Shown here: positions 19,123 to 28,838 of the stretch, piece by piece
How the letters are laid out: every line of letters starts with the position of its first letter
Numbering within the stretch: the first letter of the stretch is position 1
Assembly (NCBI GenBank): GCA_964586985.1
Contig: CAZPJX010000001.1
Location: 1-62,780 of the forward strand
DNA from: an uncultured Gemmatimonas sp.
GTDB lineage: Bacteria > Gemmatimonadota > Gemmatimonadetes > Gemmatimonadales > Gemmatimonadaceae
DNA length: 62,780 nt
Direction: 5' to 3'
Notes under the pieces: generated by a model
Database searches by the model: none
Seen by the model: only the letters and a program-made list of their open reading frames with translations
What the model was told of the DNA's origin: nothing
Program-made: the position numbers and the translations under genes

Positions 19123-19360
19123 ACCGGTAAGGTACACACGAGGCACTCTGGAAGCGCCGATGCGTGATGATCAGGCAACGAGCCGCACACGAACAGGACA
19201 CACGGGTGAGCGACATCTGTTCGTGACTCTGCGGCGGCACCGGCAACACCGGCGGCCCCGTCCGGCCTCGTGCGCGCCGCCGGATCGACGCGCCAGGACA
19301 GGGGCCTGCACCGCCGGTGATCACGCCACGCGGGCTGGTGCACTTCGCGGAATCGACACA

Positions 19361-19415
19361 CCGCTGCAGGGCTGCTGCAGGTGCGCTGCATGCGCATTGC
19401 ATGCACGCTGCACAC
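19361..19415. repeat. Five degenerate 11-bp units each containing TGCA, inside a long imperfect hairpin (19356-19422)
   Basis: TGCA begins at 19365, 19376, 19387, 19398 and 19409; flanked by the inverted pair ACACACCG / CGGTGTGT. Confidence 0.55.
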
Positions 19416-19599
19416 GGTGTGTTAAGACCGCACCAATCACGGAGGCACGTGAAGGTGGAGACAATATTGAGCAACCGCGGCTGACTGGCAAGCACGGCGC
19501 ACAACGCACGACGGCGCGGATGCGCCATCGTGCGTACTCAGTGCGTCCGCATGCCGCTCACCGCCGGTCCGCCTCGGCGACGTCTCGTGTCCGAAACGC

Positions 19600-20250
19600 T
19601 CAACGCAGCGGTTTGCGTGCGGCCACGTGCTCGGCAACGGCGTGAGCTGTCGCCTCGGGCAATGCGGTCAATCCGCGTACGACGCCATCGATATCGGCGT
19701 CCGGCCGATTCTGGCTCATCTTGAACTTCCCCTCGAGCACATCGACGGGGATCTCAATGCCCACAATGGCACGGGCCATCTGCTCGATGTACTCGGCGGG
19801 CGCTTCAGCCATCGTCCAGGGTGGCGTGTGTCCCGCTTCGTGCATGGTGGTGAGCCGCTCAAGGTGCGTCATGAGAAACTCCCGATCCTCGCGCATCCGG
19901 AAGGCCCCATGCACATGGACGGCGATATAGTTCCAGGTCGGAACCGCCTTGCCATGCTCGTGCTTGCTGGGATACCACCCGGGAGAGATGTAGGCGTTTG
20001 GCCCGGTGAACATCACCAGTGCCTGCGTGCCCGCCCCCAGTTGCGCGAGATACTTCGCATGCGGATTGGTCAGCGCCAGATGGCCCTCGAGGACGCCACG
20101 TTCGCGATCGAGCCAGAACGGAAGATGCGTGGCGTACAGTGTCGTCTCACCGCCAGGTGCAGCCGACACCAATGCCCCGAGTGAATGCGCTTCGATAAAG
20201 TCAAACAGGACCGCACGGTCCGATTCGCGGAAGGTGGATGGGATGTACAC
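19600..20250 (-). CDS. FMN-binding negative transcriptional regulator (PaiB-like)
   Basis: MYIP..F, ATHLP, GP.AYISP.WY, VPTWNY..VH and KFKMSQNR. Confidence 0.9.
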   Translation of the reverse strand: MYIPSTFRESDRAVLFDFIEAHSLGALVSAAPGGETTLYATHLPFWLDRERGVLEGHLALTNPHAKYLAQLGAGTQALVMFTGPNAYISPGWYPSKHEHGKAVPTWNYIAVHVHGAFRMREDREFLMTHLERLTTMHEAGHTPPWTMAEAPAEYIEQMARAIVGIEIPVDVLEGKFKMSQNRPDADIDGVVRGLTALPEATAHAVAEHVAARKPLR

Positions 20251-20264
20251 GATGGGGTTCCGAC

Positions 20265-21509
20265 TCAGGCAGTAAGTGCAGCTTCGAGAATGGCCAGACC
20301 CTTCGCCAGATCCTCGCGGCTGATAATGAGCGGCGGTAGGAATCGCAGCGTATGCTCACCGGCGCTGACGAGCAGCAATCCCTTGTCGAAGGCCCGGGCG
20401 ATCACGGCCGACGCCGGTTCATGCAGGTCCATGCCCCACATGAGACCGGTACCGCGAATCCCTCGGGTGACTCCCGTGCGGTTGGCAATGCCCTGCAGCT
20501 GCTCGCCAAACCACACCCCATTCTCGCGAACCTGCTGGAGCAGCGTGGGGTCGGCGAGGCGCTGCACCACATGATGCGCGACATGCGCCACCAGCGGTCC
20601 TCCGCCAAAGGTCGTGCCATGATCCCCCGGTTGCATCACGCGCGCCACGGTGTCGTTGACCAGAATGGCGCCCATGGGCAATCCGTTCGCGATCGGCTTC
20701 GCAATGGTGAGCATGTCTGGCTCAAATCCCAGCTGCTGATAGGCAAACAGGGATCCGGTGCGGCCCAGGCCACACTGAATTTCATCAAGGATGAGCAGCA
20801 CGTTTCGTTCACGGGTCAGGGCACGCAGATCGCGCAGGAAGGCCGGATCGACGATGCGAACGCCGCCCTCACCCTGGATGGGCTCCACGATGACCGCTGC
20901 CGCCGTCTCGGGATCGAGCACCACGCGCAGTTCGTCGAGATCGCGCTCAACGATCCGCACACCGCCCATGAGCGGGCGGAAGGGCAAGCGATAGGCGGGC
21001 CGATCCGTGGCCGCGAGCGTTCCCGGCATGCGCCCGTGGAACGACCCACGCAGCGCTATGAGTTCGTGCTTGGCCTGATGCCCCAGGCTCTTGGCCCATC
21101 GCCGCGCGAACTTGAACGCCCCCTCGTTGGCCTCGCCACCTGAATTGGCGAAGAATACCGAGCTGGCGAACGAGTGTGCGACCAACCACGCCGCCAACGC
21201 CTCGCCTGGCGCGGTCCGGTAGAGATTCGAGGTGTGGATGAGCCCCTGCGCCATCGCCTCCTGCATGGCTTGCATCACCCCGGGATCCGCATGCCCAAGC
21301 GATGACACCGCAATGCCGGCAACGAAGTCGAGATATCGCTTCCCCGACTCGTCAATCATGTAGACACCTTCACCGCGAACGAACAGAGGGGCCTGTCGCT
21401 TGTACGTGCCCAGCAGGGCCGGCAGGGGCACGGTCGCTGTCGCTGCCTCCGGTGTGGCAGTCGGCGTGTGAACGGGCGAAGACGTGGGCGAAGACACGGT
21501 GAGACTCAT
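20265..21509 (-). CDS. argD: Acetylornithine aminotransferase
   Basis: YLDF.AGIAV..LGH, NSG.EANE, SFHGR, EPIQGEGG, DEIQ.G.GRTG, AK and HGTTFGG; lies in the arg cluster. Confidence 0.92.
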   Translation of the reverse strand: MSLTVSSPTSSPVHTPTATPEAATATVPLPALLGTYKRQAPLFVRGEGVYMIDESGKRYLDFVAGIAVSSLGHADPGVMQAMQEAMAQGLIHTSNLYRTAPGEALAAWLVAHSFASSVFFANSGGEANEGAFKFARRWAKSLGHQAKHELIALRGSFHGRMPGTLAATDRPAYRLPFRPLMGGVRIVERDLDELRVVLDPETAAAVIVEPIQGEGGVRIVDPAFLRDLRALTRERNVLLILDEIQCGLGRTGSLFAYQQLGFEPDMLTIAKPIANGLPMGAILVNDTVARVMQPGDHGTTFGGGPLVAHVAHHVVQRLADPTLLQQVRENGVWFGEQLQGIANRTGVTRGIRGTGLMWGMDLHEPASAVIARAFDKGLLLVSAGEHTLRFLPPLIISREDLAKGLAILEAALTA

Positions 21510-21514
21510 GGCAG

Positions 21515-22297
21515 CTACCTGGAAGGAGCAACATCCGTTGCGTCTCTGCGCGCAACGATCGCGGTCCCCGCAGCGGGAACAGGAAGTGCGGCCAGATCTC
21601 CGATCCGCACTCGGGACACACCACCCGCCAGCGCCGCGGCGCAGGCGTCGAGCTTGGCGGCCATGCCGCCCCCGGCGACACCACTGGCCACGAGGGCCTG
21701 CGCCTCCGCCAACGTGAGCATTGGCATGAGTGCCTTCGTGGCATCGAGAACGCCGGGCACATCGGCCATGAGAAACAACTCGTCGGCACCAAGGGCCGCC
21801 GCGATGGCCGCGGCCGCGTCATCACCATTCACGTTGTACGCGCCCGCCACACCGGCATCGCTGCGGGCGGCAACCGGGGAAATCACCGGAAGGTACCCCG
21901 CCGCGAGCAACGCTCGCACCACACCAGCGTCAACACGGGCTGGTGTCCCCGAGTGTCCGAACGTGGCCGCATCGATGGGCGTGGCACGCAACAACCCCGC
22001 GTCTTCACCACTGATACCCACCGCCGGCGCGCCCGCCGCCACCAGCGCCGACACCATCTGCTTGTTGGCGAGCCCCGACAACACCATGCGCACGAGTTCG
22101 AGCGCGGTATCGGTGGTCACCCGCCGTCCGCCGATGAACACCGGTTCCTCGCCGCGCAGGCGCTGCAACGCGCTGATCTGATCACCGCCGCCATGCACGA
22201 CCACCAACCGGCGCCCCGACTGTTGCCAGAGTGCCGCGAGGGCCGCGGGAAGTGCGGGATCGTTCTGGGTGCGACCACCGAGTTTGACGACCAACAT
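21515..22297 (-). CDS. argB: Acetylglutamate kinase (short form)
   Basis: VKLGG, VHGGG, GRRVT, NVNGD, DVPG and GGM.AK. Confidence 0.92.
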   Translation of the reverse strand: MLVVKLGGRTQNDPALPAALAALWQQSGRRLVVVHGGGDQISALQRLRGEEPVFIGGRRVTTDTALELVRMVLSGLANKQMVSALVAAGAPAVGISGEDAGLLRATPIDAATFGHSGTPARVDAGVVRALLAAGYLPVISPVAARSDAGVAGAYNVNGDDAAAAIAAALGADELFLMADVPGVLDATKALMPMLTLAEAQALVASGVAGGGMAAKLDACAAALAGGVSRVRIGDLAALPVPAAGTAIVARRDATDVAPSR

Positions 22298-22447
22298 CGA
22301 GGAATGGGTTGTGAGACGTGGGATTGGGGAGGAACAACCGGGTTGCGGGCTGCGAGTAGTGGTGATGAGTGACCCGCGGCGCTGTACCCGCTACGCGTCA
22401 TCCGGCCGTTCACCCCAGAACCAGCTCCCCACAACGCGAAACCGCTG

Positions 22448-23494
22448 TTATCGCTGCAACCCCGCCGTCTCCGGCAAGCCCAGCATGAGATTCGCGTTCT
22501 GCATGGCCTGGCCCGCCGCGCCCTTCACGAGATTGTCGATCGCACTGAACACCAGCAGCGTGGGCTGGCGCATCCCGGTAGGCGTGACCGCGCCGATGCG
22601 CACCACGTTGCGGTGCTGCACATCCGCCAGTGCCGGCAATCCGTTCGTGAGTTCCACGAACGGCTCGCCCGTATACATGGCGCGGAACGGTTCGAGCGGA
22701 TCAGTGAGCGGGCGCGTCAGCGGCACGGTGATCGTGGAGAGAATGCCCCGATCCACCGGCAGCAGATGCGGCGTGAACAGCAGATCGCAGTCGGCGCCGA
22801 GTTTCGTGAGCGTGTCGCGCATCTCGAACAGATGACGGTGCGCATTGCCCACGCCGTAGGCGCGATAGTTCTCGGTGACTTCGGCGAACAGATACTCGAG
22901 CTTGGGCGATGCACCGGCCCCACTCACACCACTGGCCGCCGCGATACTCACCGTTGCACCCGGCGCGATCAGTCCGGCCTTCGCCAGCGGCGCCAGCGCC
23001 ACCAGCACACTCGTCGCATAGCACCCGGGGTTGGCCACCGTGCGTGCACCATGCAACGGCGCGCGAAACAATTCCGGCATGCCATAGGGCGCGTCCGCTG
23101 GCACACCGGCCGGCAGGGCATGCGTGACACCCCCATGCCCTGGGCGCAGATCGCTGGAGAGATCGACCACGCGGGCACCCGCAGCGATCACCTTGGCCAC
23201 CCATTCGGCCGATGCCCCATGCGGAAGCGCCGCAAACACGAGGTCCGCACTTCCTAAATCCGCCTCCTCGGGCGCAATGAGCGGCACCTCGTGCATCGCC
23301 CCGCCCGCCCGCACGCGCAGCGTGGTGCCGCGCTGCGTATTGGCCGTGGCGAAGGCGAGCGTGAGCTGCGGATGGCCGGCCACGAGCGCGCACAGCTCAC
23401 GACCCGAGTACCCGGAGGCGCCAAGCACGCCCACACGATAGGTCGGCAACGAAGACACAGAGGACACGTTCGATTCGACGAAAGACGGTTGCAT
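22448..23494 (-). CDS. argC: N-acetyl-gamma-glutamyl-phosphate reductase
   Basis: GASGYSG, ALPHG, ANPGCY, SGVSGAG and IDNLVKGAAGQA.QN. Start at ATG 23494 or a nearby downstream GTG. Confidence 0.95.
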   Translation of the reverse strand: MQPSFVESNVSSVSSLPTYRVGVLGASGYSGRELCALVAGHPQLTLAFATANTQRGTTLRVRAGGAMHEVPLIAPEEADLGSADLVFAALPHGASAEWVAKVIAAGARVVDLSSDLRPGHGGVTHALPAGVPADAPYGMPELFRAPLHGARTVANPGCYATSVLVALAPLAKAGLIAPGATVSIAAASGVSGAGASPKLEYLFAEVTENYRAYGVGNAHRHLFEMRDTLTKLGADCDLLFTPHLLPVDRGILSTITVPLTRPLTDPLEPFRAMYTGEPFVELTNGLPALADVQHRNVVRIGAVTPTGMRQPTLLVFSAIDNLVKGAAGQAMQNANLMLGLPETAGLQR

Positions 23495-23548
23495 ATAGAC
23501 CCGCATGATATGCAGAATTAATGCATAGATAATGCATAATTTTGCAAA
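23489..23548. promoter_or_regulatory. Tandem ARG boxes (ArgR operator) in the divergent argC/argR promoter
   Basis: AT-rich island with phased TGCA half-sites (23490, 23511, 23522, 23533, 23543); best box AATGCATAATTTTGCAAA at 23531-23548. Confidence 0.8.
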
Positions 23549-23594
23549 CACGCGGTGTCAATCGCCTCTCGACGTCGCCTTTCCCGGAGTTGCC

Positions 23595-24056
23595 GTGTCT
23601 GACAAACGCGACCGACAGCAGGCCATTCGCGAAGTGGTCTCCGCGCATGCCCTGGCCAGTCAGGAGGAGCTCCGACAACACCTGGTAGCGAAGGGCTGGG
23701 ATGTCACCCAATCCACGCTCTCCCGGGACCTCCGGGAGTTGCGTCTGGCCCGCATCCGTGACGGCCAGGGGCGGAGCCGTTATGCATTTCCCGAGCAGGC
23801 CCGCAGCGATCAGGCGCTGGCCCGCCTTGAGCGCATGCTGCCGGAACTCCTTGTGGACGTCGAAGGCGTACAGGTGCTGGTGGTGGCGCGCACCATGAAA
23901 TCCGGTGCGCAGCCAGTCGCCGAGGCGCTCGACAAGCTCGAATGGCCCGACGTGGCCGGGACCATCGCCGGCGACGATACCGTTCTCATCATCTGCCGCA
24001 GTCCTGACGGACGCGAACGCGTCCTGCGCAGGCTCCGCACCTATCTCGACCGCTAG
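23595..24056 (+). CDS. argR: Arginine repressor
   Basis: SQEEL...L...G..VTQSTLSRDLREL and GTIAGDDT. GTG start with GGAG RBS. Confidence 0.95.
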   Translation: MSDKRDRQQAIREVVSAHALASQEELRQHLVAKGWDVTQSTLSRDLRELRLARIRDGQGRSRYAFPEQARSDQALARLERMLPELLVDVEGVQVLVVARTMKSGAQPVAEALDKLEWPDVAGTIAGDDTVLIICRSPDGRERVLRRLRTYLDR

Positions 24057-24128
24057 CGATCGTCTTTGGCTGACCGCGGCCACCAACCGACCCGTGCCGA
24101 TCACCGGCGATTGCTAGATTTCCGCGCC

Positions 24129-25595
24129 ATGACTGCTTCCCACGACTCGTCTCACGCCTCATCTCACGCGTCGGTACCGACGTCGTCCGATTCCGCCGGC
24201 ACCCACAAACTCTGGGGTGGCCGATTTGCCGGTGGGCCGTCGCCACTGCTCGATGCCATCAATCGCTCCATCGGCACCGACTTCCGCCTCTGGCCGCACG
24301 ACATCCGGCTCTCCAAGGCCTGGGCAGCGGGACTCGGTGAGGCCGGCGTGCTCACCTCTGCGGAGAGCCGCGCGCTGCAGGACGGGCTGGATCGCGTTGG
24401 TGCACGCATTGCGGCGGGCGCCCAGCCGATCGCGACCGACGAAGACATCCACACGATGATCGATCGGTTGCTGCACGAGGAGTCGGGTACGGTGGCCTCC
24501 AAGCTGCACACGGGCCGCTCCCGCAACGATCAGGTGGCCACGGCGTCCCGCCTGTGGACGATGGACGCCTGTCGTCGACTCGATGCGGCCATTCGCGATC
24601 TGCAGCAGGCCCTGCTGGCCCAGGCAGAGACGCTCACCGATGCCATCCTGCCGGCCTATACCCATCTGCAGCGCGCACAGCCGGTCAGTGGCACCCACTG
24701 GCTGCTCTCCCACTTCTGGCCGCTGGATCGCGATCGCACGCGGCTGGCCAACGCCGAAAGGGGCACTGCGACGCTACCCCTGGGTTCGGGCGCCATTGCC
24801 GGCTCAGCCTTTCCGGTGCCGCGCACGTCGCTCCGGGATGCGTTGGGCTTCGTGGCCATTTCCGCCAATTCCATCGATGCCACCGGCGATCGCGACTTCA
24901 TCGCCGAGGCGCTCTTCACCTGCACGATGATCGCGGTGCACTGCTCCCGCATCGCCGAGGATCTCATCATCTATGGGTCGAGTGAGTTCGGCTTTGTGAA
25001 GTTCGGCGATGGGTTCTCCACGGGCAGCAGCATGATGCCGCAGAAGCGCAACCCGGATGTGTTCGAGCTGGCGCGCGGATCGGGTGCTCGGGTGCTGGGC
25101 GATCTGGTCTCGCTGCTCGGCACGATCAAGGGACTGCCCAGCGGCTACAGCAAGGATCTGCAGGACGACAAGCGCGCGCTTTTCAACGCGGTCGACCTGT
25201 TGTTTCTCGTCCTTCCGGCCATGGCTGGGGCCGTCAGCGAACTGCGCTTTGATCGACGTCGCATGCGGGCCGCGGTTTCGAGCGCCATGATGGCCACCGA
25301 TTTGGCGGACTACCTGGTGAAACGGGGGGCCACGTTCCGTGAGGCCCACGGCGCAGTCGGCACGTTGGTGCGTCAGGCCGAGGAAGCCAACATCGAAATG
25401 ACGGACCTCCCGACCGAAGCCTTCACCACCGCACACACTTTCTTTGGCGCCGATGCTCGTGAGGCCCTGGGTGCAGAGGCCTCGCTCGCGGCGCGCGACA
25501 TTGACGGAGGCACAGGCCCGGCAGCGGTCGCCAGGCAGCTCGAACAGGCCCGTGCCAGCCTTGCCGCTGCCGTCCCTGCGCCCTCGACAAGGTGA
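24129..25595 (+). CDS. argH: Argininosuccinate lyase
   Basis: LWGGRF, EDIH, HTGRSRNDQVAT, YTHLQRAQP and GSSMMPQKRNPD. Confidence 0.96.
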   Translation: MTASHDSSHASSHASVPTSSDSAGTHKLWGGRFAGGPSPLLDAINRSIGTDFRLWPHDIRLSKAWAAGLGEAGVLTSAESRALQDGLDRVGARIAAGAQPIATDEDIHTMIDRLLHEESGTVASKLHTGRSRNDQVATASRLWTMDACRRLDAAIRDLQQALLAQAETLTDAILPAYTHLQRAQPVSGTHWLLSHFWPLDRDRTRLANAERGTATLPLGSGAIAGSAFPVPRTSLRDALGFVAISANSIDATGDRDFIAEALFTCTMIAVHCSRIAEDLIIYGSSEFGFVKFGDGFSTGSSMMPQKRNPDVFELARGSGARVLGDLVSLLGTIKGLPSGYSKDLQDDKRALFNAVDLLFLVLPAMAGAVSELRFDRRRMRAAVSSAMMATDLADYLVKRGATFREAHGAVGTLVRQAEEANIEMTDLPTEAFTTAHTFFGADAREALGAEASLAARDIDGGTGPAAVARQLEQARASLAAAVPAPSTR

Positions 25596-26320
25596 GCGAT
25601 GGCGCCCGCGCAGCAGATGCGCACCGTCGGCACCAGAGCGGATCGCTACCGAGACCGTTCGATGGTGTGATTTTTGACTGCGACGGCGTGCTGGTGGACA
25701 GTGAGCGCATCACCAATGGCGTCTGGGCCGAGATGCTGACGGAACTCGGCCTGCCGATGACGACCGAAGACTCCCTGCGGATCTTCCTCGGCAACTCGAT
25801 GCAGCGCTGTCTCCAGATTGTGGAAGAACTGATGGGGCACGCACCACCAGCCGATCTCCTCCCCCGTTTCCATATCCGGGCACGCGCAGTGCTGGCGGGC
25901 TCGCTCACACCGGTCGACGGGATCGTTGGGGTACTCGATGCCTTGGACGCGGCCGGGATCCGGTACGGGGTCGCCTCCAACGGAGAGCACGAGAAGATGC
26001 GCCTTACCCTCGGCGTGACCGGTCTGCTCGAGCGCTTCGAGGGGCGGCGCTTCTCCGCCCAGGATGTGGCACACCCCAAGCCGGCGCCCGATCTCTTCCT
26101 GCATGCAGCGGCGGCCATGGGTTTCGCACCCGCACGAACGATTGTTGTCGAAGACAGTCCGCTCGGCGTGACCGGAGCGACGACAGCGGGGATGTTTGTC
26201 ATCGGCTTTGCGGAGCTCGTGGCGGCGGATCGTCTCACCGGTGCGGGAGCCACGCAAACCGTTGCCCATCTCCAGGAGCTCACCCCCTTGCTCCTTGGCG
26301 AAATCGGCGCCATTGATTGA
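25592..26320 (+). CDS. HAD family hydrolase (subfamily IA)
   Basis: FDCDGVLVDSE, KPAPD and VEDS..GV. Confidence 0.9.
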   Translation: MSDGARAADAHRRHQSGSLPRPFDGVIFDCDGVLVDSERITNGVWAEMLTELGLPMTTEDSLRIFLGNSMQRCLQIVEELMGHAPPADLLPRFHIRARAVLAGSLTPVDGIVGVLDALDAAGIRYGVASNGEHEKMRLTLGVTGLLERFEGRRFSAQDVAHPKPAPDLFLHAAAAMGFAPARTIVVEDSPLGVTGATTAGMFVIGFAELVAADRLTGAGATQTVAHLQELTPLLLGEIGAID

Positions 26321-26396
26321 CGCGGGCGCCGACGCCCGTTTTCTTCGTCGACATTCCACAGTGGAACTGGTTTCAACCGACCTTCAGGAGAAGTGC

Positions 26397-26939
26397 ATGA
26401 CCGCTCGTTTCGCCCGTCTTGCAGCTGCCGCCGCTTTCGTGGCCGCACTGCCGCTTACCGCCTCGGCGCAGGACAAGCCATTCTCAAAGGGGGATCGTGT
26501 TGTTTCGGCGAGCTTCATGACTGGTGGTGATTACGATGGCACCGGCTTCGGAGGCCAGGTGGAGTTCGGTCTGCTGCCCATCGGCAAGACCACGCTTGGT
26601 ATCGGTGGCTTCGCGGGCTTCCAGCGTGACAGCGAAGGCACCGGGATCTACAAGGCCACTGCCACCGTGGTTCCGATCATGGCCGTGGGCAATCTGCATT
26701 TCCCGATCGCGTCGCAGCCGAAGCTCGATGTCTATGCCGGTGCAAGCATCGGTTTCATCCGCGCCTCGGTCAGTGTTGACGGCGTCGGTGCAGTTGGTGG
26801 CAAGGCCAGCAACACCGACTCCGGCTTCGGCATCCAGGGTGGTGCTCGCTACTGGATGAGCTCGAGCCTCGGCGTCAACGCTCAGGTTGGCTTCGGCGAT
26901 ATCCCGCTCATCCAGGCTGGCATCTCGTTCAAGCTCTGA
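26397..26939 (+). CDS. Outer-membrane beta-barrel protein (small)
   Basis: AGGAG RBS, signal peptide ending ASAQ, amphipathic Gly/aromatic strands, C-terminal GISFKL. Confidence 0.75.
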   Translation: MTARFARLAAAAAFVAALPLTASAQDKPFSKGDRVVSASFMTGGDYDGTGFGGQVEFGLLPIGKTTLGIGGFAGFQRDSEGTGIYKATATVVPIMAVGNLHFPIASQPKLDVYAGASIGFIRASVSVDGVGAVGGKASNTDSGFGIQGGARYWMSSSLGVNAQVGFGDIPLIQAGISFKL

Positions 26940-26955
26940 TCTGACCCGAGCTTGT

Positions 26956-26995
26956 GAAAACGGGGGCGCGTGCATCTGCACGCGCCCCCGTTTTC
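26956..26995. terminator. Bidirectional intrinsic terminator
   Basis: GAAAACGGGGGCGCGTGCA-TC-TGCACGCGCCCCCGTTTTC between convergent genes. Confidence 0.85.
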
Positions 26996-27100
26996 CTTGG
27001 TGCCCCCACAAACCTCGTGGCGCATACCGTGCGACGTCCTGCAGCCTCAGGTGCAGCCCAGAGCTGTTGCGCCGCGCAGCTGCGCACCGCACACGGCCCG

Positions 27101-27682
27101 TCAGAACGCGTAGCCGATCGTCAGGCGCATGGTTGGAAGAACACGCTCAATCCCCCGACTGCGGTCCTCGGAGAGGAAATATCGTTTCACACCAGCACCG
27201 ACCGTGACGGCAGTGGCCCTGCTGCTGCCCAGCAGCCACTGATACTGTCCTTCCACCGAAAAGGTGGGCGCCGATTCGGTCTTGTTGTTGTCCCGACAGT
27301 TTTCACCGAGGTCGTCACAGAGCACTTCATTCCGGCGACGCACCGCGCCGTACCCGAGTCCGGCCGCCACCCCAAGTCCGTTGAGCGCCCGCTCCTGCGG
27401 ATACAGACGCAGCTTGCCATCGACGTTCGTGTAGTAATCGTCGAAGCGAACGTAGGACGCACCAAGGGCGAGCGAGACATTCCCACGAATCCGCTGCTCA
27501 AACTCCCCCTGGAAGAACCCGAACAGCGGGAGAAAGGGATTGATCGCGAAGACATGCGTCGGACCGTCGGCCGTCTGCGTCTGCTCACGGAGCGTGCCCT
27601 GAGCGGACGCCGGCGTTGCAGTTCCCCCAATCGTCAATCCGGTCAGGGCGGCCAGCAGGATGGGCAGCCGGTGAGGCGTCAT
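27101..27682 (-). CDS. Putative outer-membrane beta-barrel protein with a Cys pair in a loop
   Basis: Signal peptide, beta-strand pattern, C-terminal IGYAF (BAM-type signal) and CDDLGENC. Confidence 0.65.
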   Translation of the reverse strand: MTPHRLPILLAALTGLTIGGTATPASAQGTLREQTQTADGPTHVFAINPFLPLFGFFQGEFEQRIRGNVSLALGASYVRFDDYYTNVDGKLRLYPQERALNGLGVAAGLGYGAVRRRNEVLCDDLGENCRDNNKTESAPTFSVEGQYQWLLGSSRATAVTVGAGVKRYFLSEDRSRGIERVLPTMRLTIGYAF

Positions 27683-28239
27683 CAGAACCGGACGCCGAAG
27701 GTGATCGGCAGGAAGTTCATGCTGTTGGGATCGCCGAACACGTTCACATACTTCGCTTCGAGGAAGGTGGAGAAGCCGGAAAGCTGAAAGCGCAGACCGC
27801 CACCCACCTGAACGCCCATATCCGTATTGCCTTCGGACGTACCCGTGGTGCTGCCCAGGTTGTATTCGGCCTTCGTATTGAACATCCCGACACCACCCAG
27901 CAGGTACGGCTTCACCATGCTCGACGTCGACACGTCAAAGAGCGCGTTGGCGACGAAGCCCAGACTCTGCAGCTTGACGTTGTCACTGACCTTCGATCCC
28001 CACTTGTCGAAGCTCACATCCGCGCGGAAGCCCAGGGCCTTCATGGACGCCGGCTTCAAAAAGACATGGCCCGCCGCGGTATACCCCGACTCGGCTCCAT
28101 CACCGAGATCGCCCATCGGCATCGAGAGGCCACCGCTGACCCCGAATCCCAACGACTTGCCAGCACTCGCCTGGGCAGAGACGTGCATGGGCAAAGTCAG
28201 CGCCGCTGCGAGTCCACACATATGCAGTACACGTTTCAT
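27682..28239 (-). CDS. Outer-membrane beta-barrel protein (OmpA/OmpW-like barrel)
   Basis: Signal peptide, KPYLLGGVG, GGGLRF and C-terminal FGVRF. Confidence 0.8.
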   Translation of the reverse strand: MKRVLHMCGLAAALTLPMHVSAQASAGKSLGFGVSGGLSMPMGDLGDGAESGYTAAGHVFLKPASMKALGFRADVSFDKWGSKVSDNVKLQSLGFVANALFDVSTSSMVKPYLLGGVGMFNTKAEYNLGSTTGTSEGNTDMGVQVGGGLRFQLSGFSTFLEAKYVNVFGDPNSMNFLPITFGVRF

Positions 28240-28291
28240 GCAATTCTCCAGAAGGTTGAACCAGCGTTGATCCCCTTTCGTAACCCACAGA

Positions 28292-28765
28292 TCAGTTTGG
28301 GATCCGTTCCACGCGCGTCACGAAGTACTCCGTCTCACCGAAGCAGGTCGAGGGCAGCCCGACGTGCTGATCGTAGTACACGGCCACGCGGGCTCCACTG
28401 AGTGCCTCGATGGCACGCGCGAGGGAATCGCTGCGAACACTGAACGTGAAACTATCCGACCGAAAACTGCCGGCAATGTCGGTATACAGGGTGCCTTCCC
28501 ACGTTTTGCAGACGTAGCCCTTCCGGGCAATCTTTTGCATGTACCCGGCACGTTTTCCACTGGAGTAGCTCCAGGACAGAGCGATCGCGGACCACGCCGT
28601 CAACCCAAGGACAGGGGAGCCTATCAACACCACGAGCGTGGTCAGCAACCAGTGCCGCCGGAAGAACGAGCGGCGCGGCGTGCGCCCCGCTGACGGTGCC
28701 GGGGAATCCGGGGAAACCGCCGCAGTCGATGGTTCGTTTGGCGGGGAAGAGGTGGGGTCGGTCAT
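28292..28765 (-). CDS. Conserved single-pass membrane protein (YSxGxRxG...K...KG..CKTWEG family)
   Basis: One TM helix followed by SYSSGKRAG..QK..RKG..CKTWEG, F.FSV and GETEYFV. Confidence 0.7.
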   Translation of the reverse strand: MTDPTSSPPNEPSTAAVSPDSPAPSAGRTPRRSFFRRHWLLTTLVVLIGSPVLGLTAWSAIALSWSYSSGKRAGYMQKIARKGYVCKTWEGTLYTDIAGSFRSDSFTFSVRSDSLARAIEALSGARVAVYYDQHVGLPSTCFGETEYFVTRVERIPN

Positions 28766-28838
28766 GTGCTGGAACTTGGGGGAGGCCTTGAGGACGCGCT
28801 AGCTTACGACACTTCCTCTCACCCCCGGTTTTCGCATC

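Noticed and set aside
18539-19645. Cys-rich ORFs crossing the 19150-19600 interval
   Set aside because: The Cys richness derives from the TGCA/TGC repeats, the ORFs overlap real genes, and no convincing RBS was found.
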